Part shown: in pieces, positions 1 through 8,690 of the stretch
Layout: each line of letters opens with the position of its first letter
How positions within the stretch are numbered: position 1 is the stretch's first letter
The notes under the pieces: generated by a model
Told to the model about the DNA's origin: nothing
Seen by the model: only the letters and a program-made list of their open reading frames with translations
Database searches by the model: none
Translations under genes and position numbers: made by a program
Origin: Armatimonadota bacterium
Lineage (GTDB): Bacteria; Armatimonadota; UBA5829; DSUL01
Direction of reading: 5' to 3'
DNA length: 64,000 bases
NCBI GenBank assembly: GCA_039811685.1
Contig: JBDHZC010000001.1
Span: forward strand, 544,001-608,000

Positions 1-1100
<1,100 letters not shown>

Positions 1101-1391
1101 CTACTTGCCGTTGACTACGGCGAGTATGTCGTCCTGGCGGAGGATAACGTACTCCTCGCCCTCGACCTTCACCTCTGTCCCGCCGTACTTGCTGTAGATG
1201 ACGCGGTCCCCGACCTTCACGTCCACGGGAGCCGTCTTGCCGGAATCCAGCACTTTGCCGGGCCCGACAGCGATAACCTCTCCCTCCTGCGGCTTCTCCT
1301 TCGCGGTGTCGGGAAGGATGATTCCGCCCTTGGAGACCTCTTCGGCGGTCTTTGTCTGGACCACCACACGATCGCTGAGTGGCTTGATCAT
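1101..1391 (-). CDS. groS: Co-chaperonin GroES
   Basis: [11 protein letters not shown]...[24 protein letters not shown]...KYGGTEV; SD AGGAGG before ATG 1391. Confidence 0.99.
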   Translation of the reverse strand: MIKPLSDRVVVQTKTAEEVSKGGIILPDTAKEKPQEGEVIAVGPGKVLDSGKTAPVDVKVGDRVIYSKYGGTEVKVEGEEYVILRQDDILAVVNGK

Positions 1392-1455
1392 AGTGAACCT
1401 CCTGTTAGGCTGCGCGCGCCCTGACATCCGCCAGCCGCGCGGACTTCACAAACCT

Positions 1456-1482
1456 TTAGCAGTCTCAGCACCTGAGTGCTAA
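1456..1482. promoter_or_regulatory. CIRCE element (HrcA operator) 1
   Basis: Minus strand TTAGCACTC-N9-GACTGCTAA, one mismatch from the CIRCE consensus, upstream of groES. Confidence 0.93.
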
Positions 1483-1492
1483 AGCCGATAGG

Positions 1493-1521
1493 ACTATACC
1501 CAACGTTTCTAGCAGTCGCAA
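1493..1521 (-). promoter_or_regulatory. Sigma70-type promoter of groESL
   Basis: TTGCGA-N17-TATAGT on the minus strand, with the -35 box inside the second CIRCE. Confidence 0.75.
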
Positions 1522-1535
1522 GGGGAAAGTGCTAA
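1509..1535. promoter_or_regulatory. CIRCE element 2 (degenerate)
   Basis: Minus strand TTAGCACTT-N9-GACTGCTAG. Confidence 0.8.
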
Positions 1536-1684
1536 AGGGAAAAGCGGACGAAAGAGCATTGACAGTCTCGGAGGCGCTGTGGCGAGAAGGCGGCCGCGGC
1601 TACACCTGGTATAACTTTCTTGGGATATAGCCTACCGGCAGAACGGAGGGCACCATAACTCTCCCGTGTATTGCCTCTCCCGGT

Positions 1685-1720
1685 CCGGTTCTCATAAGTC
1701 TCATCCATCCCATATGTCCC
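1685..1720. repeat. Degenerate 9-bp tandem repeat array
   Basis: CCGGTTCTC ATAAGTCTC ATCCATCCC ATATGTCCC. Confidence 0.55.
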
Positions 1721-1775
1721 ATTTCCGGCCGAGATTTGTCGGCCCGGTTGGCCTCGCCCCCGTTTCCGGGGTAAC

Positions 1776-1806
1776 AAAAAAGCCCCCGGCTCAACTGCCG
1801 AAGGCT
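1776..1806 (-). terminator. Rho-independent terminator
   Basis: Minus strand AGCCTTCGGC-agttga-GCCGGGGGCT followed by a T run, downstream of the 1846-2028 ORF. Confidence 0.85.
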
Positions 1807-1845
1807 CGAAACCTGTATATGTCCCAGAGTCGCATACCTCCCATA

Positions 1846-2028
1846 TCAGTCCTGCTTGATCTTCTCAGACCAGATCACGTCACCATCTTTCTCAAGAGTC
1901 ACCGTCTTCAGCTCTTTTTCGGGATATGTGCAAGAAGCCGCTTCGTTCATAGCCCGCGCTCCATCTGTTGTCTCAAACGAACGCTTGGAGCCATCCGAGT
2001 AGATCACGGTCATTTTGTAAATTGCCAT
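1846..2028 (-). CDS. Small hypothetical protein (60 aa)
   Basis: MAIYKMTVIYSDGSKRSFETT...; protein-like composition, followed by a terminator. Confidence 0.7.
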   Translation of the reverse strand: MAIYKMTVIYSDGSKRSFETTDGARAMNEAASCTYPEKELKTVTLEKDGDVIWSEKIKQD

Positions 2029-2031
2029 TCC

Positions 2032-2076
2032 ATCCGTCCTGTCTGTCCTGTAGGTCCCGTCTGTCCCATTGGTCTT
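2032..2076. repeat. Degenerate 9-bp tandem repeat array
   Basis: ATCCGTCCT GTCTGTCCT GTAGGTCCC GTCTGTCCC ATTGGTCTT. Confidence 0.7.
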
Positions 2077-2090
2077 ATGCCCCCCATCTG

Positions 2091-2099
2091 TGGTAAAAT
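2091..2099 (+). promoter_or_regulatory. Extended -10 promoter for the putative small RNA
   Basis: TG-G-TAAAAT; predicted +1 near G2106. Confidence 0.6.
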
Positions 2100-2105
2100 A
2101 GCGGT

Positions 2106-2183
2106 GGTCCTAGGGTGCGAATTCGCCTCGCACGCCCCGATCCTTTCGGGGAGAACCCGGGGGGGCGTCCGGGCTATGGGACT
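2106..2183 (+). ncRNA. Putative cloverleaf (tRNA-like) small RNA
   Basis: 7-bp closing stem GGTCCTA/TGGGACT enclosing three hairpins (2115-2133, 2135-2151, 2156-2173); 5' end fits the upstream extended -10. Confidence 0.55.
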
Positions 2184-2532
2184 TATTTCTTTGCCTCCCT
2201 CAACCCTCTCAGTGTCCCGTCACTCTTGTAAATGGCCCGCCGTCTGGAAGGGATGGCTGTTACCACAATGGCCTCGTCGCGTCCTTCGGCATAGCCAAGC
2301 ACTACTTGCGCAAACCCGTCTGCCTTGTTTGGGAGCGGACAGGGTCCAACGCATTTAATGCGCCATTCCCCTTGTCGCTCATTCCAAACCGGCGCTTCCG
2401 ACACAGCTTGGGGAGCCTCAGCAATTCTGCGAAGCTCCGCCGTGTTCTCTGCAAACCACTCCTCGCGCTCGGGATGATCGCCCCGCGCAGGCAGAGGCGC
2501 CTGGAAATAACACTCTGCGGAACCGGGCGCAT
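2183..2532 (-). pseudogene. Frameshifted BECR/PBECR (RelE/colicin D-E5-like) nuclease-like protein, ~116 aa
   Basis: SD GGAGGT 6 nt before ATG 2532 (MRPVPQSVISRR); the body DHPEREEWF...IAEAPQAV...AQVVLGY...IVVTAIPSRRR is in the -1 frame; fold assignment is by eye. Confidence 0.5.
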
Positions 2533-2672
2533 TGCCACACCTCCCAAAAAAGCAGAGCACCCGTCTCGAAAAGGCTCTTTCCCGCAACGCGACTCTATCC
2601 CAAAGCGCGATTCCGACTCCGAAAAAGCGCCGATCTTTGTAAACACACCCATGTACAATAAGTGTACTTATA

Positions 2673-2688
2673 ATTATAACAATTGTTC
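2673..2688 (-). promoter_or_regulatory. Extended -10 promoter overlapped by an SOS-like palindrome
   Basis: Minus strand GAACAATTGTTATAAT contains TG-T-TATAAT and GAAC-N4-GTTA. Confidence 0.55.
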
Positions 2689-2702
2689 ACAAAGGGCGTC
2701 GG

Positions 2703-2733
2703 TTGACAAGGGTATGGACCGATGTGGTATGTT
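2703..2733 (+). promoter_or_regulatory. Divergent promoter candidate
   Basis: TTGACA (2703-2708) and TG-G-TATGTT (2725-2733); the 19-nt spacer is long. Confidence 0.45.
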
Positions 2734-2885
2734 TGGGCACCCTCCCCCAGAAGCAGCTCAATATGCGCGCGCGTCTCTGGGAGAGTGAGCGTGAGGTGTC
2801 ATGTCTTGATTAGCTGAAGTCACAACTGAAGATGCACTCGAGCGGGCAGCCACGCAACTACGGTTCCCTAAGGAGGTTATGAATT

Positions 2886-3020
2886 ATGCAAGGAGAATCA
2901 TTTTGGGGAGCAATGGTCTTTATGGCTCTACTGATGATGTCGCCCGCTGTATGGATGTTTATATTAGCAGTCATTGTCGCGCGGGCTATCTGGAATCTTT
3001 CCTCAGGTATCGGGTGGTAG
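2886..3020 (+). CDS. 44-aa hydrophobic membrane peptide
   Basis: SD AAGGAGGT 8 nt before ATG; MQGESFWGAMVFMALLMMSPAVWMFILAVIVARAIWNLSSGIGW; absent from the ORF track, whose shortest entries are 60 aa. Confidence 0.65.
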   Translation: MQGESFWGAMVFMALLMMSPAVWMFILAVIVARAIWNLSSGIGW

Positions 3021-3139
3021 GGGTGGCAGGACAGATCACAAGGTATTGCCAATTCTAATCCTGACCAAGACACCTCTCCACGAGCTGCCTGCGCAAATGC
3101 AGGGTGACATCTGCAGATAACGTCAAACTCTTCTCAGCA

Positions 3140-3520
3140 CTACCGCAAGCCCTCTTTCAGGGCGTCTTTCTCCTGTAATTCCTCCAAAGCCTGGACGGCG
3201 ATCTCACCACCAACCACCAGGGTGAACCGCTCCTGATGACTGCCACCGCTTTTGGTCGCCATCAGAGAGGCGAAAAGCGTCCACTAACGCAGCGCCGTCC
3301 AGGCTTTTTCCAGTTCCTCTCCACCCAGTCCGTAGCGTACGTAGATGTCGAAAGTCCCGGACCCTCCACGACGCCGGCCGATGAACGTGAAAGCGCGCGC
3401 ATGAGACGTTTTCTCAAACTCTGGAAACTCGAAGTGAAGCTGCCGGGCTATCTCTTCAGCGCTTCCCTGAAACACCAGAGGAACTCCGATGCCTCCACGG
3501 CAGTAAGCTGTAATCTTCAT
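3140..3520 (-). pseudogene. Hypothetical protein interrupted by an in-frame TAG at 3284-3286
   Basis: MKITAYCRGG...KAWTALR* continues in frame as WTLFASLMATKSGG...KEGLR*. Confidence 0.5.
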
Positions 3521-3703
3521 CGCTTGCCCCAGTTCTCCGCGCGGTGCGTCCTTTTCCGGAAATGGAAGATGCATAGTGAGCAGTGTATTCGAGAACGGCG
3601 GAAAAATCACCACGCGCTGGACAGGGCACTGTGGACATCTGAAATGCGGTCGTTTTCGAGTGTTTGTCCTGTTTTCTCCCGCAGCGTAAACCGATCACGG
3701 AAT

Positions 3704-3719
3704 TGGCACACTTCTTGCA
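3704..3719 (+). promoter_or_regulatory. Sigma54 (-24/-12) promoter
   Basis: TGGCACACTTCTTGCA matches TGGCACR-N4-TTGCW, ~130 nt before the REC-PilZ gene. Confidence 0.75.
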
Positions 3720-3847
3720 CCTAACCGAAGTGGAGGAGCGAGCGCAGAGATGCGCGTGAGAGTGTACTGCCCAACACCCCACGCCTCCGTTTGCTCTAAC
3801 GGTGACTCGCAATGGCTCAGTAACGCGAGGAGGCTAGACCCGCTGTA

Positions 3848-4852
3848 ATGCTCTCACGAGGCAACATTTTAGTAGTGGACGACGAGGTGAATCTCTGCAG
3901 AATACTCGATGCAAAGCTCACCAAGAGCGGCTACGAGGTTATGACCGTCCACGATGGGCAGCAGGCTGTGGAGAAGGTGCAGGAACGGCAGTTTGATCTG
4001 GTGCTGCTGGACTTGATCCTGCCCAAACTCGACGGTCTCGAAGCGCTGGAAAAGATCCGCAAGATCAACTCCGAAGTTCCCGTAATTGTGATGACCGCCT
4101 GTGAAAACACAGACGCAGAATCACGCGCCCGCTCACGCGGCGCTTCGGCTTTCATCAGCAAACCCTTCGACCTGGACAGGCTGGTGATGCTTGTTCAGAA
4201 CACATCCACAGAAGCCCGCTCCATCAGTGCTCAATCCACCGTTGTGGACGGCTCCGGCTTGTTTCGCCCCGGGCAGAAGTTGACACTGGCTATCTCAGAG
4301 GACGCTACGCACACCTATCAGGCTCGTCTGGTAAAGCGTGTGGATTCCAGGCTGAATGTGGAGCTGAGTGAGCCTGAAGACGCAGCTACACTCAAGAGCC
4401 AGGGGCAGGTAGAGGCGCGAATTGGCGCGATGGACGCAATGTACCGCTTCACAAGCGCGGTCGAGGCGACTCAGCAGGACCGCGAGCTGGTTTTACATCT
4501 TCCCCAGGTGATGTACCGCATCCAACGCCGCAAGTACCCGCGTGTCGGAGTTAAGGCGCCGGTCAGATTCCAAGGCGAAAGCGACAGCGCTGTGCGTGAC
4601 GGCTACACGGAAGACGTTGGCGTGGGTGGAATGAGTATCATCGCCGGGGCGCCCGTAGAGCCAGGACAAGTCCTGCATGTGGAATCCAGCGCCATCCTGC
4701 ATCTGGACAGCATCAAATGCGCTGGACAGGTTCTACGCTGCACCAGGCAGGACTCTTCTAGCCGCGAAGAGTGGAAGCTGGCGCTCCAGTTCACCGATCC
4801 CGATCCCAACCTGCGAAGAGCGCTCCTACAGCATCTGGCGCTGGCGGGATAG
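3848..4852 (+). CDS. Response-regulator receiver domain fused to YcgR-like/PilZ domains
   Basis: ILVVDDE...LLDLILP...KPF receiver; PilZ motifs QRRKYPR and DVGVGG. Confidence 0.88.
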   Translation: MLSRGNILVVDDEVNLCRILDAKLTKSGYEVMTVHDGQQAVEKVQERQFDLVLLDLILPKLDGLEALEKIRKINSEVPVIVMTACENTDAESRARSRGASAFISKPFDLDRLVMLVQNTSTEARSISAQSTVVDGSGLFRPGQKLTLAISEDATHTYQARLVKRVDSRLNVELSEPEDAATLKSQGQVEARIGAMDAMYRFTSAVEATQQDRELVLHLPQVMYRIQRRKYPRVGVKAPVRFQGESDSAVRDGYTEDVGVGGMSIIAGAPVEPGQVLHVESSAILHLDSIKCAGQVLRCTRQDSSSREEWKLALQFTDPDPNLRRALLQHLALAG

Positions 4853-4928
4853 CGCCTTACACAACAACACAACGCAGATTTCCTGATGGCCCGGGGAGCG
4901 CAGCGCCTCCGGGCCTTCCCGCATCTGG

Positions 4929-5156
4929 TCAGTGTGTGTGGCAGCAACCGCCGCCGCAGCACCCTCCTCCAGAACCTCCAGAGCTCGATACCGCCCCACT
5001 GGCGGACTTACTTGAAGAGAAGAAGGTTGAAAGCTGACGCAAAGCTCCCCTGGACCCACAATGGGGACAGGAGACTTTGGAGTCATCTGCATTCATTGAG
5101 CAGAGCTTCTCAAAGGGCTCTTTGCAGTTTTTACACGTGAACTCATAAATTGGCAT
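4929..5156 (-). CDS. FmdB-family zinc-ribbon protein
   Basis: MPIYEFTCKNC...CPHCGS, Gly/Ser/Cys-rich tail. Confidence 0.92.
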   Translation of the reverse strand: MPIYEFTCKNCKEPFEKLCSMNADDSKVSCPHCGSRGALRQLSTFFSSSKSASGAVSSSGGSGGGCCGGGCCHTH

Positions 5157-5264
5157 AGCTTGTTCTCTGGTTGGTTACGCAGTCCTAAAAACTGCTGAAA
5201 GATTGACCGGGCGTGTCGCAGAAGCGTCTCTCTTGCGCACGCACCAGTTTCCTAATTGATACAA

Positions 5265-7289
5265 TCAAAAACTCAGTTCAATCTGAGTGCCGGCTGAAAG
5301 CTCCGCGCTTTTCCAGGTGATGTATTCTGAGCCGAGTTTGACGGCCGCTTCCTGCGGCTTGCGCGTGCACAATCCGATGCGCAGCGCCATATCAGAGTCC
5401 GCTTCTGAGCGAATCCGCAATGTGCGATATGCACTGCCCCCCTTCTGCTCCAGCCAGATGACTCCCTGCGGAAGCACAACAGCTGTCTCAAAAGAACTCT
5501 CAACAGGCAGGTGAGGAGCAATCTGTATCACATCGTTCTCCAGCACTTCCACTCCGAGCGCTCCCCAAAGGATTGCCGCAAAAATATCCGCGTTCCAACC
5601 CTGAATTGTGGGCCCGCGATTTTCGCCTGTTTCTCCATCCATATACTCATGCGGAGTGAAATCGCCGTGGGCTTCCAGATCGCCGCGCCCCACCCTGCGG
5701 ATTATCTCACTGGCCTGCTCGGGATATCCTGCCTTATAACGACCGAGCGCATCCATAAAGTTCAGGAAAGGCCAGACACCTCCGTTATGGTAATCTCCCG
5801 GTTCGTTGTTCGATGGATTGCGGTAGGGGTAGGTGTCCCTGACACCCCAGGGCGTCTCATTAGGCGTCAGCGACTGATATATCCTGCCAAGACGCTCCGG
5901 GGGTATGAGGTCCCAGGCGGCTCCGACAAGCTGGTCCTGCTGAACGTGCGCATCCTCTCTGCCATCCCTCCACTGAGTCGTGTAGAAGTCACCTGTCCAC
6001 AAGCCACCCTCCGACACACTCCGGTTAACAGCCTGATCTACGCGGTCAGCCAGGTCCGAGTACTCGCGAGCTTCATCGGCATTGCCAATAGCCTCCAACA
6101 TCTCCGAGGCGCCCCTGAGAGCACCGAGCCAGGTAAACTCGAAATGCGGCGCCAGCTTGCGTCCTTCGACACCAGGCACGTCCTTCCAGTCTGCCCAGTA
6201 CGATTGCTGCTCTATCAGGGCGTCTGCGTCTGTATCCCGAGCTTTGAGCCACTCCAGAGCTTTTCGCACAGCTGGCCACAAATCCAGGACAACCCGACCA
6301 TCGCGCCAGAAACGCCAGTACCGCCAGACACGCAACACAAAATAGCAGTTGATGTCGAGATCGTCTTCGCGCTCGATTACTGGAAGAATAGTCGTTGGAA
6401 TCTTTCCATCAGGGCGCATGTGGCGGGCCGTCTCCTGCAGCATCTGAAGCTCCAGATCAGGCCAGAATACCAGATGCACCCAGCTTGTCCAGTACGAGTC
6501 ACGCTGATTGAACTCGCAATATCCCATAGTGATCACCATGTTGCGAGTTATCCGTGTCAGATAGATTGCCGCAGGCAAGTACCAGCGCATCCACCGGTCA
6601 ATCTCCACATCGCCCGTCGAGGGTATCAGGCGTGAAAATGTGTGTGTGCGCTCGAGTAGCTCGAAGTAGCGCCCGTCCACATAACGCACCAGATCCTGGA
6701 CGGAGCTTAACTGTTGAGCGTAAAAACCTTCGGAGTCGAAGGCTGCATAGACAAAACGGACACTGCGCTGCGCACCGGCCGGCACAGTCACAGCGACATT
6801 TGACCCGGGGGCGGCGTCTGGACTCTGTGCGTCCGTAAATCCACACAGAAGCGCGCGCGCTGAACTGAGCTCATCCGTCGCCTGCAGAGCAAAACGCAAC
6901 TCCACCGCTTGTTCGCAGTCGGCGCTGTTGTGAAGCGTCAGAGTGCTGATCAGTACCGGGAGGCTGCTGATGAACGCATCGCCAGCAGCGATCGGCGCAA
7001 ACGTCTGGATTTCCAGCCGGAGTGCTGGCAGGCGAGAGTCAGTGAGGGATGTAGAGGCGAAAGGAAACGCGATCTGTGTCTGTATCTCAGCAAACTCACT
7101 TGTCCGCAGAGAACTATCTGCGGCGCAGACAGTGAGGCTGCCAGCAGGCGCTTCTTCCAGCCAGGGTCCCTCTCTGGAGGGATTGATTAGAACGCCGGAG
7201 AGAAACTCCCCGCTGGAGTTTATCTGCGCGCAGATTCCAAAATTGCCAACCGTATAACCACCGGTAACGGGTCTTTTCTTAATATCCAC
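5265..7289 (-). CDS. (alpha/alpha)6 glycoside hydrolase (GH116/amylo-alpha-1,6-glucosidase-like)
   Basis: 674 aa; RDSYW, DTDADALIE, YHNGGVWP and PHEYMDGETG...QGW motifs. Confidence 0.75.
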   Translation of the reverse strand: MDIKKRPVTGGYTVGNFGICAQINSSGEFLSGVLINPSREGPWLEEAPAGSLTVCAADSSLRTSEFAEIQTQIAFPFASTSLTDSRLPALRLEIQTFAPIAAGDAFISSLPVLISTLTLHNSADCEQAVELRFALQATDELSSARALLCGFTDAQSPDAAPGSNVAVTVPAGAQRSVRFVYAAFDSEGFYAQQLSSVQDLVRYVDGRYFELLERTHTFSRLIPSTGDVEIDRWMRWYLPAAIYLTRITRNMVITMGYCEFNQRDSYWTSWVHLVFWPDLELQMLQETARHMRPDGKIPTTILPVIEREDDLDINCYFVLRVWRYWRFWRDGRVVLDLWPAVRKALEWLKARDTDADALIEQQSYWADWKDVPGVEGRKLAPHFEFTWLGALRGASEMLEAIGNADEAREYSDLADRVDQAVNRSVSEGGLWTGDFYTTQWRDGREDAHVQQDQLVGAAWDLIPPERLGRIYQSLTPNETPWGVRDTYPYRNPSNNEPGDYHNGGVWPFLNFMDALGRYKAGYPEQASEIIRRVGRGDLEAHGDFTPHEYMDGETGENRGPTIQGWNADIFAAILWGALGVEVLENDVIQIAPHLPVESSFETAVVLPQGVIWLEQKGGSAYRTLRIRSEADSDMALRIGLCTRKPQEAAVKLGSEYITWKSAELSAGTQIELSF

Positions 7290-7319
7290 TGACCGTCAAC
7301 TGTATTCGGCAAAAGCAGC

Positions 7320-8177
7320 TCATGCTGCAGTTTGCTCAGCGTGCTGGGGGAACAGGACGGGGAAATCGTCCCCGCGCCACAAATCACCGTCCGCGCCATT
7401 GAACAACAGGCAGTTGTGGTGAGCATCCCCAGGCGTCCCGACACGCCGCCGAATATGATCGGGCATCATGTGCGCAACGTAGGAGCGTCTCGGGCTGGAA
7501 GTCATGTTTGGGCCGCTCCCGTGCAAAGTGAGACAGTGGTGAAAACTTACTTCCCCGGCTTTTAGAGGCACCGTGACAGGCGCAGCATCCGGCTGTCCGT
7601 GCTGCTCACCATATCGCCTAATCTTTTCCATCTGCCGGTCGATATCGGGGTCGAAGAAGCTCAAATCCTCAATAAGACTCCACTTGTGGCTTCCCGGGAT
7701 CATTTGCAGACAGCCGTTAGTCTCATCAACGTCCACAAGCGCAATCCACGCCGTAAGCATGTCGGCAGGTGTCGTGCACTGCCAGTACATATAGTCCTGA
7801 TGCCATCCGACATTTCCTTTCCCTGTAGAATGGCCGGGCTTGTAGAGAAGTTGATCGTGCCACAGACGCACAGCAGGCGTTTCGGCAAGCCGCGCCCCGA
7901 TTGCCGCAACTGTCTCATTCATAAGTAGCTCACGGATGGTATTGTTCGCCTGGTACGCATAGTCAATTTTGCGCACCACTCTGGGGTCTCCATCGGCCTT
8001 ATTCCAGGACCGCAGCGGCTCCCTGCCAGTCTCATATTCCCCGTCAAAGACGCGATCCATCGCCGTGTGCATGCGCTCGATAAGGTCATCAGATATGACT
8101 TTTCCGGATGCCCACCACCCATTCTCGCGATAAAACGCCATATCTTTGTCGGTTGGAAGCAGTGACGAATTAATCAT
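7320..8177 (-). CDS. Phytanoyl-CoA dioxygenase family (Fe/2-OG) protein
   Basis: WHQD, LTAWIAL, NGCLQMIPGSH, HGSGPNMTSSPRR. Confidence 0.92.
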   Translation of the reverse strand: MINSSLLPTDKDMAFYRENGWWASGKVISDDLIERMHTAMDRVFDGEYETGREPLRSWNKADGDPRVVRKIDYAYQANNTIRELLMNETVAAIGARLAETPAVRLWHDQLLYKPGHSTGKGNVGWHQDYMYWQCTTPADMLTAWIALVDVDETNGCLQMIPGSHKWSLIEDLSFFDPDIDRQMEKIRRYGEQHGQPDAAPVTVPLKAGEVSFHHCLTLHGSGPNMTSSPRRSYVAHMMPDHIRRRVGTPGDAHHNCLLFNGADGDLWRGDDFPVLFPQHAEQTAA

Positions 8178-8260
8178 TGGTGTTGCGCGAACTCCTTCAT
8201 AAGAGGTTACCACCCGTGTAGTGACGGTTCCCAGACTCAGCAGAAAAGGAAGACACGGTA

Positions 8261-8581
8261 CTAGTTCTTGAGCAGGTACTTGTCAGGCTGCTTCTGAAAC
8301 TCGTCCCGGCACCAGTCTGAGCAGAAATGGTACTCGCGTCCATTCTTGACCAGCTTGTGTTTACCATCCTCTTTCGGCGGCATCACGTGCCCGCTCATAA
8401 CATAACACACCCTGCAATAATCGGAGAGATTCTTGTCGGCAGGCACATCTGTATGGGAGGCGGTTTGTGAAACGGTTCCCTGGGTAGATGATTCAGACGT
8501 TGAGGGTTTTGCGGAGTTGGACCCGCAGCCTGCGGCCAGCAATACAGTCACAATGGCCAGCAGACACAAAGCTTTGTTCAC
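8261..8581 (-). CDS. Lipoprotein with a YHS/TRASH metal-binding domain
   Basis: GTG start after AAAGGAG; lipobox LAAGC; CRVC...NGREYHFCSDWCRDEFQKQPDKY. Confidence 0.8.
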   Translation of the reverse strand: MNKALCLLAIVTVLLAAGCGSNSAKPSTSESSTQGTVSQTASHTDVPADKNLSDYCRVCYVMSGHVMPPKEDGKHKLVKNGREYHFCSDWCRDEFQKQPDKYLLKN

Positions 8582-8690
8582 GTGGGTTGGCTCCTTTCGG
8601 AATGGGTACTGAAGTCTTGATGGGACCTCTTGCACCCTGTTACACGGTAACCCAATTCGTCCACAAACGCCAGCGCCCACCCGCACAATT

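Larger units (their letters stand above)
1600..3600. mobile_element. Probable decayed accessory/prophage-derived island
   Basis: Only small orphan or disrupted ORFs, an AT-rich promoter patch at ~2640-2690 and degenerate repeats, lying between housekeeping genes; no integrase or att sites seen. Confidence 0.4.

Noticed and set aside
2032..2076. CRISPR array or iterons
   Set aside because: Units are 9 bp, degenerate and lack spacers; no cas or rep genes in the window
2106..2183. Calling the cloverleaf a bona fide tRNA-Arg
   Set aside because: No D-loop GG, no TTCG T-loop, no CCA and wrong linker lengths; kept only as a tRNA-like RNA candidate
1666..2788. Plus-strand ORFs 1666-2358 and 2306-2788
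   Set aside because: No clear SD, atypical composition, and they overlap better-supported minus-strand genes and the structured RNA
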